DNA of 55,986 nt from a virus. This document shows positions 25,575-34,305 of the stretch, piece by piece. The translations under genes were made by a program, and so were the position numbers. The notes beneath the pieces are model-generated. The model had not been told where the DNA came from, ran no database searches, and was given only the letters and a program-made list of their open reading frames with translations. Position 1 is the stretch's first letter; the number at the start of each line of letters is the position of its first letter. The stretch is taken from IMG/VR virus record IMGVR_UViG_3300046713_000343. One strand, given 5' to 3'.

Positions 25575-27427
25575 TAGACCTCAAGTGCGACTTGCCGGAA
25601 GAAGGCCTCGAACTCGCGGCGTGCCTCGCGCGCAGCGAGGCGCGCCGTCTCCTCGGGACTGCCGGCGCCGTCGATCTGCTGGCTCACGCTGAAGGTGAAC
25701 TGCGCGGGCGCCCGTGCAGCGCCGCCGTCCGTGCTGCTCGCGCCGAGCCCCGACATTGGCGGCCCGAACGCGGGGCCAAAGGCGCTCTCCATGCCGCCCA
25801 GGCTGGCGCTCGCCATGCTCTGGCTCGAAGACTGGACGCGGCCCTCCTCGTGACCGACGCCGATGGCGAGCCCGCGGCCGACCTGCACGCCCATGCGCTG
25901 CGTCGCGCGCGATGGCGAGTGGATCTGGAAGATGTCGGACAGCGCGCCGAGCGCCTGCACGCCCATACTCTTGAGAGTGTCGGCCGGCAGCGTGACCAGC
26001 GACCAGATGCCGTTGGCGACGCCCGTGACGATGGCCTTGCCGATTTCCCAGGCCTTCTCGCCGAGCGTCATGCTGCTGTCGGTGAAGATGCCCGAGACGC
26101 GCTCGACCCAGAGGTAAATGTCCGCCGCGATCTTCGCGAGCGGATTGATGATGCCCTCGAGCAGCGCCTTACCGAGGACGTAGATCGGCTCGATGATGTA
26201 CGCGGCGGCGGTGCCCACGAGACCGAGGCCCGTCGCGGCCGCCACCGTGAACGCAGCGAGGTCGCCAAACGTCTTGCCGAGAGCCTTCGCCGTCGACTCT
26301 CCCTCGCCGAAGACGCCGAAGGCCTCGAGCATCGGCCGCACGTTGGACTCGAAGGTCGCGCCGAAGGCGTCGGTAAACGCTCCTCCCAATGTGACGACGA
26401 ACTCGGCGGCGCGCCCAAGGCTGGCCGCGAGTCGGTCGATTGTGGCTGCGCCCTCGGGCGATGTCAGGAAGCCCTGCAGCGCGTCGAGTCCACGCCCGGT
26501 CATTTTGGTGAGCGGAGCCGCGACCTGGTCGAGCAGCGAAACGCCCGTGTCCTGCCCGACCGCAGTGATCCGCCCGAGCATGCCGGTGAGCGTCGTGTCG
26601 GCGAACTTCGCGCCCGCCTGTCCCACCGTCTTCTGGCCGAGCTTCCGATTGATGGCTTGTTCGATGGCCTGCAGGCCCACGTCGGAGCTGACCTTGCCCG
26701 CCTGCATCAGCTTTTGAACTTCTTGCGTCGTCTTGCCGCCGAGGATCTTGCCGATCTCCTCCTGCACCAACACGGTCGAGACGCCGCGCTCGGCGAGCTG
26801 CAGCATCTCCTCGCCCTGGAAGCGCCCCTTGCCCTTGATCTGGCCCAAGGCGAGGAAGACGCCCTGCACGTCCTCTGCGCTGTTGCCGAGCGCCTGGAGG
26901 TCGGCGCCCATCTTGATCAGTTTGTCGATGCCCTTGGGCGTGAACTGCAGCGCCAGGAACTTCTGGTACTGCTTGGTGGTGTCCTGCACGTCGAGCCCGA
27001 AGCGGACCGCCAAGGCGCGCGCGTGACCGAAGAGCTTCTCCGGGTCCGCGCCGTGCTTGGCAAGATTGCCGAAGGCAAACCGCGCGTTCTGACCAAAAGC
27101 GACGAACTCACCGGCGGTCTCTGCGACGGCGATAGCTAGATCCTTCGCCTTCGAGACGGCGGCGGTCATCAGGTTGCCGCCGAAGATGCTCATGGCGCCG
27201 ATGCCACCGCCGCCGCCGGCCTTGCCCATGCCCGCCACAAAGCGGCCGTTGGCCTCGCGCATTTTCCCTGACGCGTCGACGAAGCGTCCCGCGGCCTTGC
27301 TCGCCTGCTCGCTGCCGCGCGCGAACTTGCGGTTCGCACCGAGGACGCGGCCGATCGACTTCTCGACCTTATCCATGCCCGGGTTCTTGCCCGTGACCTT
27401 GACGGTGAAGTCTGCTTGATCGCCCAT
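25574..27427 (-). CDS. Tail tape measure protein
   Basis: Gly/Ala-rich 617-aa protein with GKGRFQGEEMLQLAERGV core typical of tape measure proteins; follows the G/GT chaperone. Confidence 0.85.
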   Translation of the reverse strand: MGDQADFTVKVTGKNPGMDKVEKSIGRVLGANRKFARGSEQASKAAGRFVDASGKMREANGRFVAGMGKAGGGGGIGAMSIFGGNLMTAAVSKAKDLAIAVAETAGEFVAFGQNARFAFGNLAKHGADPEKLFGHARALAVRFGLDVQDTTKQYQKFLALQFTPKGIDKLIKMGADLQALGNSAEDVQGVFLALGQIKGKGRFQGEEMLQLAERGVSTVLVQEEIGKILGGKTTQEVQKLMQAGKVSSDVGLQAIEQAINRKLGQKTVGQAGAKFADTTLTGMLGRITAVGQDTGVSLLDQVAAPLTKMTGRGLDALQGFLTSPEGAATIDRLAASLGRAAEFVVTLGGAFTDAFGATFESNVRPMLEAFGVFGEGESTAKALGKTFGDLAAFTVAAATGLGLVGTAAAYIIEPIYVLGKALLEGIINPLAKIAADIYLWVERVSGIFTDSSMTLGEKAWEIGKAIVTGVANGIWSLVTLPADTLKSMGVQALGALSDIFQIHSPSRATQRMGVQVGRGLAIGVGHEEGRVQSSSQSMASASLGGMESAFGPAFGPPMSGLGASSTDGGAARAPAQFTFSVSQQIDGAGSPEETARLAAREARREFEAFFRQVALEV

Positions 27428-27430
27428 CGT

Positions 27431-27969
27431 TCACCGTCGCCGGCGCGGGCGTGCCGCGCTGCGCTTGAGGCCCTTCGCGTACTGCTCGGCGAAGCTCTGC
27501 AGGAAGTGCAAGTGATTGAGTGCGTCGCTCACCATCAGCGCGCCGGCCCAGTCCCAGTCGGTGCCGTCGCCGTCACGGAAGGCGCGCAGCGCGCGCGCGA
27601 CCGTGTAGTGCCGCGCACGCGCGCGCTTCCAGAGCGCTACCCTTTTTTTACGGTGAGCTCGATGTCAGCGCCGGCGAGCTCGGCCACCGCGTCGCCGATA
27701 CGGGCCATGATGCCCGGATATACGGCGAACAGCTCCTGCAGCTCCTCGAGCGAGGGGTGCGCGAGCGTGATCTGCGCGAGCTCGCGCAGCACGGGACCGC
27801 GCCGGGGCGCCTTCATCAGGCGCTCTTGGTGGTCCTCCCACTCTTCGAGCGAAGGCGCGCGAAAGACGTACAGCTTCCCGTTGACCTCGACGTGGGCGAC
27901 GCGCGCGTTGTGCTTCTGCTGAAGCTCCTCGAGCTTGATAGCGTTCTGGGTCTTGTTCTCTTGTGGCAA
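27431..27969 (-). CDS. Tail assembly chaperone frameshift product (gpGT-like, -1 shift at 27643..27649)
   Basis: After GTA AAA AAA G, the -1 frame stays open for 70 codons with GC-rich third positions. It stops at TGA 27431..27433, 3 nt before the tape measure ATG. Confidence 0.65.
27637..27969 (-). CDS. Tail assembly chaperone (gpG-like, zero-frame product)
   Basis: 110-aa acidic protein between tube and tape measure genes, ending ...ELTVKKG on an A7 tract. Confidence 0.75.
   Translation of the reverse strand: MPQENKTQNAIKLEELQQKHNARVAHVEVNGKLYVFRAPSLEEWEDHQERLMKAPRRGPVLRELAQITLAHPSLEELQELFAVYPGIMARIGDAVAELAGADIELTVKKG
27643..27649 (-). promoter_or_regulatory. Slippery heptanucleotide A AAA AAA (programmed -1 ribosomal frameshift site)
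   Basis: Run of seven T on the plus strand, exactly at the end of the chaperone ORF. Confidence 0.65.
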
Positions 27970-27979
27970 AGCGTCTCCT

Positions 27980-28444
27980 TCAAATGGGGCGCGTAGGCGC
28001 GGGCAGGCCGGTGTGCGGGACCATGCCGTTGATCGTGTGGTACATGAACGAGAAGCTGATATCGCCGCCGAGCGCAGCCTCTCCTTGCTCGTGCGCGATG
28101 GGGTTGCCGAGCACGCGGCAACCGATGCACCCGACCTTCACGTTCGGAGCCTTCGGCGACGTGAGGATCCAGGTCAGGCCCCAGATCACGTTTCGCCAGC
28201 CGTTGCCGAGGTCCCCGAGGAAGAGCAGGCGCTCACCGTCGTCGGAGAACGTGACCGTCCCCTCGCCGAGGTCCATGTTTCCCTCGGTGCGCTTCAGGGG
28301 CCAGGGGCGCGTGCCCATGATCGCCGCCTCGGTCGTGGGCTGGTCGAACTCGACGTTCGTGACCGCGGTGTAGATGCGGCGTCCGAGGCTCAGCTCGCCG
28401 CGCGAGAACGAGTAGGCGAACCCTTCCAGATCAGGATATCCCAT
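27980..28444 (-). CDS. Tail tube protein (by position)
   Basis: 154-aa ORF between sheath-like gene and chaperone, canonical myovirus order. Confidence 0.55.
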   Translation of the reverse strand: MGYPDLEGFAYSFSRGELSLGRRIYTAVTNVEFDQPTTEAAIMGTRPWPLKRTEGNMDLGEGTVTFSDDGERLLFLGDLGNGWRNVIWGLTWILTSPKAPNVKVGCIGCRVLGNPIAHEQGEAALGGDISFSFMYHTINGMVPHTGLPAPTRPI

Positions 28445-28450
28445 GTGCGA

Positions 28451-30241
28451 TCACCCTCCGTTCGGCAGCGAGACGACGAAGCCGATGGTCGTCTCGAGAT
28501 AGTCGATGTAGCCGAGCGGCAGAATGCCCACTTGGCCGATCACCACGCCCGTCGCCTGGAAGTTGTGCGTGCGGCTGATCCGGTAGCGGATGTCGGTGAT
28601 GTGGCCTTCGAAGCCCTCGGCATTGATCGGCGCGAGCAGCTGCGCGATCAGGTCCTGCGAGACCGACTCCTCGATCACCGTCGCGTCGCGGTCGTCGATC
28701 GTGCCCACGTATGTATGGCTGTCGACGGTGACGCTCGCGTAGCGCACGCCGCGCCCGATCTCGCGGGTGAGGCCCGCGTTCACGGTCTCGCAGGCGATGT
28801 CCATCACGATCCCGAGCGGCCAGTAGCGGAAGTCGGAACCGTCGGGCGACTTCAGCCGGCCCTGGGTGACGTAGATCCCTTCGAAGTTCTCGAAGGTGCG
28901 CAGCGTCGAGACCTTGATGTCGTCGAGGTTCGAAGGCGTTCGGTATTCGTCGTGGAAGAGCTTGACGACCTCCTCGATCGGACCGCTGCGCACGCGCTTG
29001 AGGTCGGTACTGGGAAGGCTCCGCGCGGCGCGCGCGGCGAACACGTCGGCTGCGTTCGTGACCGGAAACGCGTAGCCAGAGAAAGGCTTCACAGTCGTCC
29101 GGCGCACCTGTCCGTGCGCGATGAGGCAGCGGATGGCGATGACGTCGTCCCAGGCGGCCACGACCGAGGCGGCGGTGTCCTCGTGCGTCGAGGCCATCAT
29201 GCCGCGGCGGTACTTGGAGGTGTTGGCGAGCGTGTTGAGGTGCGACTGCAGGGCGGCGCCGAGGATTGCGTGCGCCACCGCGTTGCCGTTGCCCTTCGAC
29301 GTGACGAGCAGGCAGAAGCGCCAGCGCGTCGGGCTCGCCGTGATCGCTGCGAACGCAGCGGCGAGGTTCGTCGAGTTGCTGGCCGCAGCCTCGACTTCGC
29401 ACACGTAGAAGTCGCCGGCGACGAAGTCGTTCGTCGCGTCGTCGAAGGTGAGCGTGATGCCCAGGCCGGGGATCTGGAAGGTGCCGCCTGCCGGCACGTA
29501 GAGCGTCTCGCTGTACGTGCGCTCGGCTGCGCTGTCCCCGGTGTAGCCATCGAGGCTGTAGCGGAAGCGGGCGACGCCGAGCTCGCCGCTCGTCATGATC
29601 TCCACGCGCACCAGCGCATCGAGGTTCGCCGTGCCGGTGACCGTGACGCCGCCGCCGCCGGCGGTGCTCGTCCAGTCGTAGTGCTCACTGAGCACATAAG
29701 ATCCCGCAGGGAACGTCGCCGTGATACCCGTGGTGACGCCCGGCGCATCGAGCAGGTGCGTATTGCCTACCGGCGTCGGAAGCGCGCTCGCCGCCCAGGT
29801 GGTGCCGCCATCGATGGACCACCGGAACCGGCTCGTGCCCAGCACGCCGGCGGTCGTGATCTCGATCCGAAAGACGTACGCGCCAGAGGGATTCCCGGCG
29901 ACCGTGATCGTCGGGCCTGCGCCTGACTTGGTGACGGCACTCAGCGTGCCGTCACCACTAAACGTGGCCTGCACTGGGCCGATCGTCGCGGGGATGGTCG
30001 TTTGCGTGCGCACGAAGGCGACCGGCGCGCCGCCTTGGCTCAGGATCTCCGCGCCCGCCTCGACTCCGGGCCCTTCGCCTGCTTGCTCGCGCAGCGAGGT
30101 CTGGTCGGAAAAGATCGTGACCACGTTCTCGGCCAGCGGCCCGCTAGAGACGCCGATCACGAGCGCCATCATCGACGCCGGCGAAGAGATGTTCAGGCCG
30201 AAGTCCTGAACGCGCTCTCTGGCACTCGGAATGGCGGACAT
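28451..30241 (-). CDS. Tail sheath protein (by position and size)
   Basis: 596-aa ORF upstream of tube/chaperone/tape measure; baseplate J/W/V genes imply a contractile tail. Confidence 0.6.
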   Translation of the reverse strand: MSAIPSARERVQDFGLNISSPASMMALVIGVSSGPLAENVVTIFSDQTSLREQAGEGPGVEAGAEILSQGGAPVAFVRTQTTIPATIGPVQATFSGDGTLSAVTKSGAGPTITVAGNPSGAYVFRIEITTAGVLGTSRFRWSIDGGTTWAASALPTPVGNTHLLDAPGVTTGITATFPAGSYVLSEHYDWTSTAGGGGVTVTGTANLDALVRVEIMTSGELGVARFRYSLDGYTGDSAAERTYSETLYVPAGGTFQIPGLGITLTFDDATNDFVAGDFYVCEVEAAASNSTNLAAAFAAITASPTRWRFCLLVTSKGNGNAVAHAILGAALQSHLNTLANTSKYRRGMMASTHEDTAASVVAAWDDVIAIRCLIAHGQVRRTTVKPFSGYAFPVTNAADVFAARAARSLPSTDLKRVRSGPIEEVVKLFHDEYRTPSNLDDIKVSTLRTFENFEGIYVTQGRLKSPDGSDFRYWPLGIVMDIACETVNAGLTREIGRGVRYASVTVDSHTYVGTIDDRDATVIEESVSQDLIAQLLAPINAEGFEGHITDIRYRISRTHNFQATGVVIGQVGILPLGYIDYLETTIGFVVSLPNGG

Positions 30242-30633
30242 TAGACGGTCTCCTTCGGCTTGAGCAGGGGCGACAGCGCGGGCTCATGCGCTTCTTTGAG
30301 CGGGTACTCAGCGGCGTTCTCGAGCGCCGTCTCGTAGTCCTTCTGCGTGAGCAGGAGCGGGTCCTTCTGGTAGTGGTGCGCGTGCTTGGTCCAGCCGTGG
30401 AGCCGATCAGCGGTTGCGTGCTTCCAGTCCGCGTGCGTTGTGCTCTGCGGGATGTTTTCCTTCGCCTGGTGCATATGCCCAAGCCGCGTCGCCCAGTCCT
30501 CGGGCCTGCGCCGCACCTCCATGGCAGCGGGCGGCGGCTCGGTCTCCTTCTCGTTCGGTTTCAGGAGGCCTGCTGGTACGAGGCTCTTCGTCTTCTTGCC
30601 GAGCTGCTCGAGCTCGTCGGTGTCCTTCTCCAT
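30241..30633 (-). CDS. Hypothetical His/Lys/Glu-rich protein (130 aa)
   Basis: ATG at 30633 preceded by AGGAG; upstream part of the listed ORF unlikely. Confidence 0.55.
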   Translation of the reverse strand: MEKDTDELEQLGKKTKSLVPAGLLKPNEKETEPPPAAMEVRRRPEDWATRLGHMHQAKENIPQSTTHADWKHATADRLHGWTKHAHHYQKDPLLLTQKDYETALENAAEYPLKEAHEPALSPLLKPKETV

Positions 30634-30641
30634 CGCGTCTC

Positions 30642-31166
30642 CTATTTGAAGAGCTCTGTCAGCACGTCTTGCGCGATGCGGACATACCGCTCGCGCCATC
30701 GACTTGGCAGCCTTCCGCGCTCCGGCACCATCCGCCGGCGCGGTACGCCAGCGACCGAGCTCGCGAAGATGTAGCCACTGGGGCCTGGGAAGCGCAGCGC
30801 GCGCGCGGTCACGGGCTTGATGCGCCGCCGCTTCGGCCCGTAGATGCCGGTGCCGCGCTGGTGATAGATCGCGTAGTCCTTGCTCGCTGCCACCGTGAAG
30901 CGGTCGGCCGTCACATGGCTCCGATGCCAGGACGACTGCAGCCCGCCCGTGTCGCGCAGCGGTTGCCCGTTGCGGATCTTGAGCCCTGGCCAGCTTTTCC
31001 CGTATGGGTCGGTGCTCGTCGCGAAGCCCTCGCGGATGAGCTCGATGGTCTCCTCGGCAAGGTTCACCGACACGATGCGCATCGAGTCCGGGACGCTCTT
31101 CATCTTGTCGAGGAAGCGATCGAGCTCCTCGAACTCGCCGGCCAGCTTCAGTTGGTACACGACCAC
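30642..31166 (-). CDS. Virion morphogenesis / tail completion protein (Mu gpG / P2 gpS-like)
   Basis: DPYGKSWPGLK...PLRDTGGLQSSW...DYAIYHQRGTG matches the Phage_tail_S pattern. Confidence 0.7.
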   Translation of the reverse strand: MVVYQLKLAGEFEELDRFLDKMKSVPDSMRIVSVNLAEETIELIREGFATSTDPYGKSWPGLKIRNGQPLRDTGGLQSSWHRSHVTADRFTVAASKDYAIYHQRGTGIYGPKRRRIKPVTARALRFPGPSGYIFASSVAGVPRRRMVPERGRLPSRWRERYVRIAQDVLTELFK

Positions 31167-31167
31167 C

Positions 31168-31680
31168 TCATCCCTGGGGCTTGATGCTCCCGTCAGGCAG
31201 GAGCGTGCCGCACTCGTCCTCGATGCCGGTGATCGGCAAGAGCGGCCTGATCTGGTCGGGCACCGGCAGGCGCAGGTAGATGCGCAAGATGCAGTGCGCG
31301 ATGCGCAGCGTCCGGCCCGCGTTGCCGATCTCCTCGGTCTCCCACGTGTAGGTGGGGATCTCGACGACGGCGAGCGTGAGGCACACGGCGGCGATCAGAT
31401 TGTCGAGCAGGACCTCCGTGGTCTCGCGGTTCTCGGCGTACACATGCGCGTCGACGTTCTCGACGCGCATACGGCACGCTTGGATCCGGAACTGCGTGCC
31501 GTCCACGGGCGGGCGTCCGCCTCCCTGCCTCGGGGCCTCGGTCGTTCCGCCCGGCGTGACCCACACGATGCGGCGCTGCTGCTTGTGCTCCTGCAGGGCG
31601 GTGGCATCGAAGTAGGGCTTCACGGTGTCGTCACCGAGCACCGCGTGAACGTCGGTCGCAAACTCCTCGAGGCGGGTCAT
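31168..31680 (-). CDS. Hypothetical neck/head-tail joining protein (170 aa)
   Basis: Listed ORF in the head-tail connector region. Confidence 0.6.
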   Translation of the reverse strand: MTRLEEFATDVHAVLGDDTVKPYFDATALQEHKQQRRIVWVTPGGTTEAPRQGGGRPPVDGTQFRIQACRMRVENVDAHVYAENRETTEVLLDNLIAAVCLTLAVVEIPTYTWETEEIGNAGRTLRIAHCILRIYLRLPVPDQIRPLLPITGIEDECGTLLPDGSIKPQG

Positions 31681-32415
31681 TCACCAGCCCCGCAGGGGCC
31701 TGGCCGACACGACGAAGCTTCCGCCGTCGAACTCTTCAGGCGTGCTGTCGATCATGCCCGGCGGGCTGAGGCGGCCGTTCGCGAGCCGATCGAGCCACTT
31801 GAGCGCCGAGTCGCGGTTGTCGTCCACGTTCTTGTCGGGGCCCTGGCTGTCGAAGCCGCGCCCCGAGAACAGTTGCGCCGCCGCGAGGTAGGCGCACTGC
31901 TGGCGGAGGTCCTCGCCCCACGCTGTCAGCGGGAGCGTGTACGCCGCGCCGACGAAGCCATCGGCGACGTCCGTCGCGGTGATGCATGCCTTCGCGCGCT
32001 TCGAGGCGGGGATCTCTTCGATCGAGTGTTCCGGCACCGCGATGTCGGTGATGTCCGACGGGTCGCAGTAGGTGACGTGGGCGACGCCCGTCACGTCGAT
32101 GGTGGCCGTCGTCATGTTCGTGAGCGTCCAGCTCACGCGCACGAAGCGCTCAAGCCCGCCGGCGGCGAGCTCGAAGGTGCCCGCCGCGCCGGCCTCGAGG
32201 ACGTCGGCCGCGCGCCACGGAGCCGCGGCGTCGGCGCGCGTCTCGAGCGTGACCGCCACCAACGGCACGGGGTCGTCGCTGATCGGCGTGAAGGTGGTGA
32301 CGCGAAGATCGAGGAGCAGCGCGCCGCGCACTGCGCCCATGTCCATTTCCGCGCCGCTTCCGGGGGCGATGATCGCCGTCGCTGGCAGCAGGCTGATCGC
32401 GAGCGGTTGTGCCAT
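31681..32415 (-). CDS. Head-tail connector-region protein with DUF1320 (Mu gp36)-like C-terminal half
   Basis: C-terminal YCDPSDITDIA...AYTLPLTAWGEDLRQQCAYLAAAQLF...ALKWLDRLANG resembles DUF1320; about 100 extra N-terminal residues. Confidence 0.5.
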   Translation of the reverse strand: MAQPLAISLLPATAIIAPGSGAEMDMGAVRGALLLDLRVTTFTPISDDPVPLVAVTLETRADAAAPWRAADVLEAGAAGTFELAAGGLERFVRVSWTLTNMTTATIDVTGVAHVTYCDPSDITDIAVPEHSIEEIPASKRAKACITATDVADGFVGAAYTLPLTAWGEDLRQQCAYLAAAQLFSGRGFDSQGPDKNVDDNRDSALKWLDRLANGRLSPPGMIDSTPEEFDGGSFVVSARPLRGW

Positions 32416-32421
32416 GCGTCC

Positions 32422-32706
32422 CTACAAGGGCGGTAGCTCTGCGAGCGCCGCCAAGATGGATTGCGCTTCGCGCGGGCTGAAGCCTGCGCGGCCGAGCTCG
32501 GCAGCATCGGCGCCGTCGAGGTCCTCGTGCGCCGTGTAGCCACTCTCGGAGAGCCTCACGATGTAGGGGAACTCGGCCGGCAGCGCGACGCCCGGCTCGT
32601 TCTCCTGCTTCCAGCGCCAGGCCCCGGCCAGGTCCCATTGCTCGAGCTCGGCCGCTGCGGCGCGCTGGCCGTGGTAGTAGCGCCGCGGACGCTTGACCTG
32701 CGCCAT
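32422..32706 (-). CDS. Hypothetical protein (94 aa)
   Basis: ATG at 32706; the upstream part of the listed ORF is Arg/Pro-rich junk. Confidence 0.5.
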   Translation of the reverse strand: MAQVKRPRRYYHGQRAAAAELEQWDLAGAWRWKQENEPGVALPAEFPYIVRLSESGYTAHEDLDGADAAELGRAGFSPREAQSILAALAELPPL

Positions 32707-32716
32707 GAGGATCGGC

Positions 32717-32944
32717 TCAGCGCTTCTTGGCCTGGGAAGCCTTGGTGCTGGCCGCCTCGGGCTCGCCCGTCGCGGCCTTGTCCTCGGCCTGCGCTGCGCG
32801 CGACTTCGCCTCGGCGGCCCGCGCCTTCGCGAGGTCCTCCTCGGCGAACGATGCGTCATAGCGCGCGCACTGCTCGCGCGCGGCCGCGCGCCGCGCCGCT
32901 GCGCCAGGGCGACGGAAGATGGGTGCAGGAGCGGCAGTCATCAT
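32717..32944 (-). CDS. Hypothetical Ala/Glu/Lys-rich protein (75 aa)
   Basis: ATG ATG at 32944 overlapping upstream TGA. Confidence 0.45.
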   Translation of the reverse strand: MMTAAPAPIFRRPGAAARRAAAREQCARYDASFAEEDLAKARAAEAKSRAAQAEDKAATGEPEAASTKASQAKKR

Positions 32945-33405
32945 CACTCGATGACCTGGCCGATCACGTGCACGAAGCCCGCGCCGCCGGTGAAGGCTGA
33001 AGCGATGCGGTCGAACCGAATGGTCGCTCCGGGCTCCAGCAGGACGATGCCGTTCGTTCCGAACTTGGTGCCGAGCGTCCCGCCGGCGATGCCCGGGACG
33101 AGCGTGGCCGCCACGTCGCCGGCGGCGCCGCCGAGCAAGGCGCCCTTGGCGGTGTAGCCGGTGCCGCTCGAGCTCACGCCGACCGCGCTCGCCGTGCCGC
33201 CGGCGAAGTTGGCGGTGACCTCCCAGAAGAGGCGCTCGAGGAGCATGCGCTTGGCCGCGGTGTAGAGCACCGCCGCGTCGAGCGTGCCGAAGGCGATCGC
33301 CAGCTTGAGTGCGAAGCGCTCGGGCAGGTTCCGCACCCACGAGCCGTCCGCCTGCTGCTGGCCCTGCGGATGCCCATAGGGGCTGTATGGATGTGAAGCA
33401 GTCAT
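32944..33405 (-). CDS. Hypothetical Gly-rich head-module protein (153 aa), possible decoration protein
   Basis: Listed ORF directly downstream of the major capsid gene. Confidence 0.6.
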   Translation of the reverse strand: MTASHPYSPYGHPQGQQQADGSWVRNLPERFALKLAIAFGTLDAAVLYTAAKRMLLERLFWEVTANFAGGTASAVGVSSSGTGYTAKGALLGGAAGDVAATLVPGIAGGTLGTKFGTNGIVLLEPGATIRFDRIASAFTGGAGFVHVIGQVIE

Positions 33406-33433
33406 TGGTCTTGCTCTCCTCGGGCCTCGGGGC

Positions 33434-34303
33434 TCAGTTGGTGATGATCTTGATGACGCCGGGCTTGGTGCCGCCGCTGACGCGCTTGTAGCGATGCGCC
33501 GCCCAGTACATGTGGATGGCGATCACGTCCGTGTCGGCGAGCGGGTCGAAGCCGACGCGCACACGCGGGACACCCTGGTACCAGAACGCGAGCGCGGCGC
33601 GCTTCACGATCATCGACGTGTACTTCGGCGGCGTGTCGCCGCTCTTCGCGTTCTTGTCGCTGACCTTGACGGCGATTCCCGCCGCGCGAGCGATCTGTGC
33701 GTCGCTCGCGAACGACAGCAGCGGCTGATTGTCGACGCCCTTTTCCTTCAAGAGGTCGCCGTACACCTTCGAGTGCACGCCCAAGAGGACGATGCCCTCC
33801 TGCTCGTCGCCCCACTTCGTGCGCGCGTCGACGATCACGTCATAGCCGAGCGTCTTCGGCGTGCCGGAGTTGTAGACGTCGAGGGTGTACTCCAGCGGCA
33901 GCGACGCCATGGCGGCGTCCATGAGCGCCTTGTCGACGCGGCGCTCGGTGAGCACGCGGAACTGTCGCGCGACCTCCGCGTAGGGGTCCGCGTACTCCGC
34001 GGCCAGCTGCGCCCAGTAGGTGAGCTCGACGGCCTTGCCCGAGTGCTGCACGACCGCCTTTTCGTCGGTCATCGTCAGCGTCGCCGGCGTGAGAGCGTCG
34101 CCCTCGGGCACGTCCTCCATCTCGCCGAGCGCTTCGAAGTAGGGGACGGTTACCTCCTTGCCCCCCTTGACGGTGCCGGGCAGCGTGTTGCTGATCACGG
34201 CGGCGCCGCTCCCGAGGAGCAAGTTCATGCCCGCGAACTCGGCCTGAATCGCTTCGGCCAAGATCTCCGGAACAACGAGATCGGTAGAGAGTGTCGTTCC
34301 CAT
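33434..34303 (-). CDS. Major capsid protein (HK97-fold type)
   Basis: 289-aa protein downstream of the protease-scaffold gene, with typical capsid features (…VELTYWAQLAAEYADPYAE…, …ALAFWYQGVPRVRVGFDPLADTDVIAIHMYWAAHRY). Confidence 0.8.
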   Translation of the reverse strand: MGTTLSTDLVVPEILAEAIQAEFAGMNLLLGSGAAVISNTLPGTVKGGKEVTVPYFEALGEMEDVPEGDALTPATLTMTDEKAVVQHSGKAVELTYWAQLAAEYADPYAEVARQFRVLTERRVDKALMDAAMASLPLEYTLDVYNSGTPKTLGYDVIVDARTKWGDEQEGIVLLGVHSKVYGDLLKEKGVDNQPLLSFASDAQIARAAGIAVKVSDKNAKSGDTPPKYTSMIVKRAALAFWYQGVPRVRVGFDPLADTDVIAIHMYWAAHRYKRVSGGTKPGVIKIITN

Positions 34304-34305
34304 GA

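Noticed and set aside
27935-29926. Very long antisense ORFs (this 663-aa one, plus for example 38223..40142 +, 25592..27139 +, 30880..32436 +, 7587..9266 -, 3101..4354 -, 36112.. + and others in the track)
   Set aside because: Their translations are Arg/Ala/Gly/Pro-rich low-complexity strings typical of non-coding frames in GC-rich DNA. Each lies opposite a gene with recognisable family motifs and proper start/stop coupling.
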